Positions 58,730-64,000 of a stretch of DNA of 64,000 nucleotides are shown piece by piece (positions within the stretch are counted from its first letter, which is position 1; each line of letters begins with the position of its first letter). The notes beneath the pieces are model-generated. The model saw only the letters and a list, made by a program, of their open reading frames with translations. It was not told the DNA's origin and made no database searches. Both the position numbers and the translations under genes were made by a program. The stretch comes from a bacterium. Its GTDB lineage: Bacteria > Bacillota > Clostridia > Oscillospirales > Acutalibacteraceae. The stretch lies in the NCBI GenBank assembly GCA_020625875.1, contig JAHLAX010000005.1:20903-84902 (forward strand). The letters are read 5' to 3'.

Positions 58730-58749
58730 AATATTATAACTAGATATTA

Positions 58750-58796
58750 AAAAACAACTATCCGCCGTGTGTTTTATCACGGCGGACAGCTTTTTA
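58750..58796 (-). terminator. Terminator for the serpin genes (possibly bidirectional)
   Basis: tccgccgtg...cacggcgga stem flanked by A- and T-runs. Confidence 0.65.
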
Positions 58797-58826
58797 TATT
58801 ACAAAACTTCTAAATGTATATATTAT

Positions 58827-60491
58827 CTATTTTGTCGGATTTGTTACCTGGCCTTCAAAGAGTACAACATCCGACGGGTCGGTGATGATGAAGCCGAAGT
58901 TCTTGTTGAGTACAAAGTCGTGATATTTCTTCGGCGTCTGGTCGAACGCGGTACCTGCCTTTGAGATAATCATTGTTACTGCGGCGCCCTCGATGCCTTC
59001 CTTATTTACGTCGATTACAACCTTGTGCTTGATGTCTGATACCTGTAGCGGAATATCAACGAGGGGAGAGGTGTAGTTGCAGAAAGCGTGCTGGAGCAGG
59101 TTGTTCTGGGCGAGAATCTTTTTGAGCGGTGTAGCGCTCTCAATCTTGAAGCTCGGGAAGATGCAGCGTGTGTAGTGCTTGGTCTTACCGTCTGTGCCGA
59201 TGTGGTTAAATTCTTTATCCTCGTTTATTTTGTTGAGGTTTTCAGCCGACATAGCCTGCTTGAGCGTGTAGCCGTCCTTGGGCAGGATGAACTTAGCCTT
59301 GTAGCCGTGGGCTGTTTTGGAATAGCAGTAGTACGAGCAGTCTGTTTCCTGAATCTGACCTTCGATGTATTTTCCTAAGATGAACTCGCGCTTTTCTTTT
59401 GTGTCGCCGATTTTGAAATCTCTCTGCTCAGTGTTGAGCTTTTCAATTTCTTCATCCCAGATGTCTTTGAAGTAAAGGGTGTTAATCAGAGCGAACAGCG
59501 TGTCGGCGGGAATGTCAAAATTCTGGTCGATAAGTCCGTTTGTATTGTGCTTTATAAAATCTCTTACAGCCTGGTTCGCTGCCGTATTGTTCTTTCTGAA
59601 CTGAGTTTCGTACGCGTTGCAGTAGAAGTCGCTGGCAAGCGTATTTAATGTGGCTTCGTCTGTTTCTAATCCTTCATTGAGCCAGATTGAGTTGGTCAGA
59701 TTAACGCGGCTGACTGTCTCGCCGCCAAAGGAAGAATACTTCTTTGTCAGGTGCTTAAAGAGCTGACCTGTCTTAGCGATGTCCCCAATGCTCATCTCTG
59801 TGAGATCTTCAATCTCGCTCTTTACGGTGTCATCGCCGATTGAGTGGAGCATAGCTACCGCCATATAGATTGAAACAGGGGAGAGCGAGTAGTTTTCGTT
59901 CTGCTCTTTGGCTGCCATCTCATAAAGCTTGTTTGAGAACTTTGAGAGCTTGCCGAAGAACTCCGCGTCATTCATTGTGTCGGAATTACCTGTCGGTGTC
60001 GACACGTTGTTGAGAGCCTTGCAGTTTTCAATATTAGCCTCTGAATCGAGCTCGTCTTCCTTGGGTTGATAGGGTTTAGCTGGCTCGGACGGCGTTGTGG
60101 GAGTAGTAGTTTTCTTGCGTGTGTCCTTTACCTTAACCTTAAAGTACAGCTTTTTGGTATAAGTTTTCTTTTTATATTTGTATTTAACCGTAACTTTAAT
60201 CTTAGTATTGCCCTTTTTCTTGGCAACTACCTTACCTTTTGAGCTTACCTTCGCTATCTTTTTGTTCAAGCTCTTATAGGTTTTCTTTTTAATCGAAACG
60301 CCCTTGGCTTTCTTAACCTTTATAGTGGTTGAGCCGTAAACGTTCTTTTTGTTTTTCTTTGAAATCTTTAATGTAGCCGAGGTTTTCTTAAGGCTGACCT
60401 TCTTCTTAGCCGCCATAGATTCGAGCGGCAAAACAGTAAATACGCTCGCCGCAATAATTAATGATAGAATAATTGATATAGCTTTTTTCAT
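58827..60491 (-). CDS. Secreted serpin with a Lys-rich N-terminal Ig-like domain
   Basis: Signal peptide; SLSPVSIY, NSIW, TNGLID, INTLYFKDIW, hinge EGIEGAAVT, FGFII..VLFEGQV; aaggag RBS before ATG 60491. Confidence 0.92.
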   Translation of the reverse strand: MKKAISIILSLIIAASVFTVLPLESMAAKKKVSLKKTSATLKISKKNKKNVYGSTTIKVKKAKGVSIKKKTYKSLNKKIAKVSSKGKVVAKKKGNTKIKVTVKYKYKKKTYTKKLYFKVKVKDTRKKTTTPTTPSEPAKPYQPKEDELDSEANIENCKALNNVSTPTGNSDTMNDAEFFGKLSKFSNKLYEMAAKEQNENYSLSPVSIYMAVAMLHSIGDDTVKSEIEDLTEMSIGDIAKTGQLFKHLTKKYSSFGGETVSRVNLTNSIWLNEGLETDEATLNTLASDFYCNAYETQFRKNNTAANQAVRDFIKHNTNGLIDQNFDIPADTLFALINTLYFKDIWDEEIEKLNTEQRDFKIGDTKEKREFILGKYIEGQIQETDCSYYCYSKTAHGYKAKFILPKDGYTLKQAMSAENLNKINEDKEFNHIGTDGKTKHYTRCIFPSFKIESATPLKKILAQNNLLQHAFCNYTSPLVDIPLQVSDIKHKVVIDVNKEGIEGAAVTMIISKAGTAFDQTPKKYHDFVLNKNFGFIITDPSDVVLFEGQVTNPTK

Positions 60492-60536
60492 ATGTATCAC
60501 TCCTTAACTAATCACTTACTATTTACTGCTTAATGC

Positions 60537-62300
60537 TTACTGCTTGGGATTAGTTACCTGACCCTCGAATAGCACAACGTCATTACTGTTGGTGACGATA
60601 AAGCCGAACGCGCTGTCGAGTACAAAGTCGTGGTGTTCAAGACTGCCAGGGTCACACGAAGTGGGTGCCATCGGTATAATGGTGACCGCCGCGCCCTCAA
60701 CGCCTTTGTTATCAACCTTGAACACAACTTTATGCTTGATGTCTGATACCATAAGTGAATTCTCCTTATAAAGAGGAGAATTAAATTCCTCAAAAGCGTT
60801 TTGTAAGCTGTTGTTATTCTCGAGAATTGTCTTTAAGGCTGTGTCACTTTTGATCTCAAATTTCGGGAATATACAGCGTGTGAGGTGAGTTGCATTGTTC
60901 ACCTCGTCATAAGCGTCAAAGTCGTTGTCTTGATTAACTTTGTTGAGGTTTTCGGCTGACATAGCCTGCTTAAGAGTATAACCCTCTTTTGGGAGAATGA
61001 ACTTAACTTTGTAGCCGTGGCTTGTCTCGGTGTAGAAGTAACGGGAACAATCGGTTTCCTGAACCTGACCGTCAAAGTATTTGCCAATTAAAAAGTCTGT
61101 CGTTACATTCCCGCTTGAGAGCTTGAACTGCCTTTGCTCACTTTGAAGCTCACTGTCCTCCCAGCCGTCCTTGAAATACAATGTGTTAATCAGCGCGAAA
61201 AGAGTTGCGTCTGAAAGCTTGAAATCCTGGTCGATAAGACCGTTGGTGTTTTTCTTTATAAAATCTCTGACAGCCTGATTCGCCGCCTGGTTGTTTGTTG
61301 CGAACGGAGCCTCAAAGGCGTTGCAGTAGAAGTTGTCGGCAAGAGTTTTTAATGTTGCGGCGTCGGTTTGTGTGCCGTTGTTTATCCAGATTGAGTTGGT
61401 AAGATTGAGTTGCGCGATTATATCATCGCTGAAATAATCTTTATATTGCTTTGAGAGATAGTTGAACAGCTCGCCTGTCTTGGCGATGTCAGCGTCGTTC
61501 ATTTTCGTGAGCTGAGCTATGTCGCTCTTAACGCCGTCGTCGCCGATTGAATAGAGCATCGACAGAGCCATATATACCGAAACAGGTGACATAGCGTAGT
61601 TGTCGCCCTCATCCGCTGATGACATTTCGTAGAGCTTGTTTGAAAACTCGGACAGTTTTTTGAGCATATTCTTGTCGCTGAAGCTGTAGACATCGCCTGT
61701 GGGCGCGGATACATTGTTAAGGGCTTTTGCTTGTGCTTCAGGCACTATCTCAGATGAAGAAGGTTCGCTTTCTGACGAAGCGGGTTCAGCCTCGGATGAA
61801 ACAGGTTCAGTTTCGGAAGATGTAGGCTCGGCCTCGGATGAAACAGGAGCAACTTCTGATGAAACAGCAGCGGCTTCGGATGAAGTGGGTTTGTTATCAG
61901 GTTTAGACGGAGTAACAGCTTTTTTTCTTACGTCTTGTACCTTAACCTTAAAGTACAGCTTTTTGGTATATGTTTTCTTTTTATACTTGTATTTAACCGT
62001 AACTTTAATCTTAGTATTGCCCTTTTTCTTGGCGGTTACTTTACCTTTTGAGCTTACCTTCGCTATCTTCTTGTTCAAGCTCTTATAGGTTTTCTTTTTG
62101 ATAGTAACGCCCTTGGCTTTCTTAACCTTGATTGTTGTTGAGCCGTAAACATTCTTATTGTTTTTCTTCGAAATCTTCAAGGTCGCCGAGGTTTTCTTAA
62201 GGCTGACCTTTTTCTTAGCCGCCATTGACTCGAGCGGAACAACCGTGAATACGCTCGCGACTATGATTGCTGAAAGAATTATTGAAATTATCTTTTTCAT
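60537..62300 (-). CDS. Secreted serpin with a Lys-rich N-terminal domain and SSE-repeat linker
   Basis: Paralogue of 58827..60491; hinge KGVEGAAVT; aggag RBS before ATG 62300. Confidence 0.92.
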   Translation of the reverse strand: MKKIISIILSAIIVASVFTVVPLESMAAKKKVSLKKTSATLKISKKNNKNVYGSTTIKVKKAKGVTIKKKTYKSLNKKIAKVSSKGKVTAKKKGNTKIKVTVKYKYKKKTYTKKLYFKVKVQDVRKKAVTPSKPDNKPTSSEAAAVSSEVAPVSSEAEPTSSETEPVSSEAEPASSESEPSSSEIVPEAQAKALNNVSAPTGDVYSFSDKNMLKKLSEFSNKLYEMSSADEGDNYAMSPVSVYMALSMLYSIGDDGVKSDIAQLTKMNDADIAKTGELFNYLSKQYKDYFSDDIIAQLNLTNSIWINNGTQTDAATLKTLADNFYCNAFEAPFATNNQAANQAVRDFIKKNTNGLIDQDFKLSDATLFALINTLYFKDGWEDSELQSEQRQFKLSSGNVTTDFLIGKYFDGQVQETDCSRYFYTETSHGYKVKFILPKEGYTLKQAMSAENLNKVNQDNDFDAYDEVNNATHLTRCIFPKFEIKSDTALKTILENNNSLQNAFEEFNSPLYKENSLMVSDIKHKVVFKVDNKGVEGAAVTIIPMAPTSCDPGSLEHHDFVLDSAFGFIVTNSNDVVLFEGQVTNPKQ

Positions 62301-62452
62301 AAAATCAACTCCTATGCTTTTATTATACAACCGTTGTGAAGTTTTTTCAATGCTTCTATATATATAACCTTGTAATAATTGTTTTTGTGACACTTTTTTT
62401 AATATTTCTTGAAAAAATTTTTAAAAAGTTCTATACTTTACACGGTGATAGT

Positions 62453-62956
62453 ATGAGTACAACCTCAAATATAGTTCATCCGTTCCCGCCGCTTTATGAC
62501 GAGAACTCAAAAACTCTGATACTCGGCAGCTTTCCGTCCGTTAAATCGCGCGAGGCGATGTTCTTTTACGGGCATCCGCAGAACCGTTTCTGGAAAGTTA
62601 TCGCGGCGCTGTATGATGAAGAAATTCCTCAATCAATAGATGAAAAGAAAAAGTTGATTCTCAGCCATAACCTCGCGCTGTGGGATTCTATTCAGTCCTG
62701 CACCATCACGGGCTCGAGCGACAGCTCTGTAAAGGACGTTGTGCCGAATGATTTGTCAATGATTATTAATAACAGCAGGGTGGACAGGATTTTTTGCAAC
62801 GGCGCTTTGTCGCATAAGATGTATATGAAGTTTATTTTTCCTTTAACGAATATTAAAGCGATTAAGCTGCCATCGACCAGTCCAGCCAACGCGGCGTTTT
62901 CGCTCGAAAGACTGATTGATGAATGGGAGGTTATCAAAAATGTCGAAGCAGATTAA
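62453..62956 (+). CDS. Uracil-DNA glycosylase superfamily, family 6 (hypoxanthine/deoxyinosine DNA glycosylase)
   Basis: HPFPP, LILGSFPSVKSRE, FYGHPQNRFW, LPSTSPANA; TTGAAA-17-TATACT promoter at 62409-62437. Confidence 0.9.
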   Translation: MSTTSNIVHPFPPLYDENSKTLILGSFPSVKSREAMFFYGHPQNRFWKVIAALYDEEIPQSIDEKKKLILSHNLALWDSIQSCTITGSSDSSVKDVVPNDLSMIINNSRVDRIFCNGALSHKMYMKFIFPLTNIKAIKLPSTSPANAAFSLERLIDEWEVIKNVEAD

Positions 62957-63419
62957 AACGAATGTAATGCGCATACTCGACAGAGCGAAAATTGAGTACG
63001 AAGCGTTTGAGTATCCCCACGGTGATGAGGCTGTTGAAGGGGGAGAGGTCGCGGCTTTAATGGGTCAGAATCCCGAGTCGGTTTTTAAAACGCTCGTAGC
63101 AAGAGGCAAGTCGGGCGAGTACTATGTTTTTGATATTCCCGTCGACAAAACCCTCGACCTCAAAAAGGCTGCGAAGGCTGTAGGGGAAAAGAGCATAGAG
63201 ATGACGCACGTCAAAGACCTCAAGAAAATCTGCGGCTATGAGCGCGGCAACGTGTCGCCCTTGGGTATGAGGGGCAGCTTTAAAACTGTCTTTAACGACA
63301 GCGCTCTGGGTTTTGAGCGTATTTATATCAGCGGCGGCAAAATCGGAACGCAGGTCAAGGTTAACCCAAAAGAGGTAATCGAGTATCTGCGAGCGGACTG
63401 CGCGGATATTGTTTGTTAG
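62940..63419 (+). CDS. ybaK: Cys-tRNA(Pro) deacylase
   Basis: KTNVMRILD, VFKTLV, LDLKKAAKA, GYERG.VSPLG, SGGKIG. Confidence 0.9.
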   Translation: MSKQIKTNVMRILDRAKIEYEAFEYPHGDEAVEGGEVAALMGQNPESVFKTLVARGKSGEYYVFDIPVDKTLDLKKAAKAVGEKSIEMTHVKDLKKICGYERGNVSPLGMRGSFKTVFNDSALGFERIYISGGKIGTQVKVNPKEVIEYLRADCADIVC

Positions 63420-63534
63420 TGATAGAAAGTGTTAGTAACAGCGGGGCATTTTAAAAGCTCCGCTTGATTTTTACTTATGATTTATGTTATATTAAATGTG
63501 CCTTGAATAAGGATTAAGAATTGGAGGTATTATT

Positions 63535-63846
63535 ATGTTACTTATGACAACATCAACAATCGAAGGCAAAAGCCTTGAAACCCTCGGTATGGTAATGGGC
63601 TCTATGGTTCAGTCGAAAAATATGTTCAAGGATATCGGCGCGGGCTTCAAAAATATAGTCGGCGGAGAACTCCGTTCATACACAAAGATGATGCAGGAAT
63701 CACGTGATATAGCCATTAAACGTATGGTAGAGCAGGCTGAGAAAATGGGCGCTGACGCTATAGTATGTATCAGATTCTCAAGCTCAGGCATTATGCAGGG
63801 CGCTTCCGAGGTTATGGTATCGGGTACAGCGGTTAAGTTTGTTTAA
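63535..63846 (+). CDS. YbjQ/UPF0145 family protein
   Basis: KDIGAGFKNIVGGELRSY, GADAIV.IRF, EV.VSGTAV. Confidence 0.92.
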   Translation: MLLMTTSTIEGKSLETLGMVMGSMVQSKNMFKDIGAGFKNIVGGELRSYTKMMQESRDIAIKRMVEQAEKMGADAIVCIRFSSSGIMQGASEVMVSGTAVKFV

Positions 63847-63881
63847 TAGCAGTCATTAAAATGTTATCATAAAACAAAAAG

Positions 63882-63932
63882 AATCAGCAGAAACATCTCG
63901 CACTCGGGAGAAGTTCTGCTGATTTTTATTTT
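63882..63932 (+). terminator. Intrinsic terminator
   Basis: aatcagcagaa ... ttctgctgatt followed by a T-rich tail. Confidence 0.7.
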
Positions 63933-64000
63933 AGCTTATTCGCGTGAACAACTGAATACTAACTACTGACTACTGCTATTTATACGCCGAACAGCATTTC

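Overview
Chromosomal window from a spore-forming Clostridia-class Firmicute (Ruminococcus/Oscillospiraceae-like by gene content; inference). It is dominated by about 54 kb of surface-glycan genes in three blocks. (1) 4.5-37.2 kb: a Wzx/EpsG(Wzy)-type polysaccharide cassette with a split transketolase plus SDR, many glycosyltransferases, a putative CMP-2-keto-3-deoxy-acid pathway, a dTDP-3-amino-3,6-dideoxyhexose pathway and rmlABDC. (2) 41.6-54.0 kb: a cassette with RffA, Wzx, ATP-grasp and a complete pseudaminic acid pathway. (3) 54.4-58.6 kb: a phosphonate operon (PepM triple fusion, Fe-ADH, Ppd) predicted to make 2-hydroxyethylphosphonate. The main structural finding is that cassettes 1 and 2 are stacked versions of one locus design. 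Each lies divergently upstream of a spoVT 5' end (intact at 3687-4229; a 33-codon copy with only synonymous differences at 40318-40415), each starts at a similar sigma-A promoter, and each ends in rmlA/rmlB (intact in cassette 1, an 86-bp scar in cassette 2). Other signals are a TTG-(ACAG)4 phase-variation tract holding an O-acyltransferase OFF, an unannotated KdsC-like pseudogene, a LexA-box-controlled unknown gene, two HEPN-like genes at the cassette junction, tandem secreted serpins, polybasic surface proteins and REP-like repeats. No rRNA, tRNA, CRISPR array or integrase is visible.
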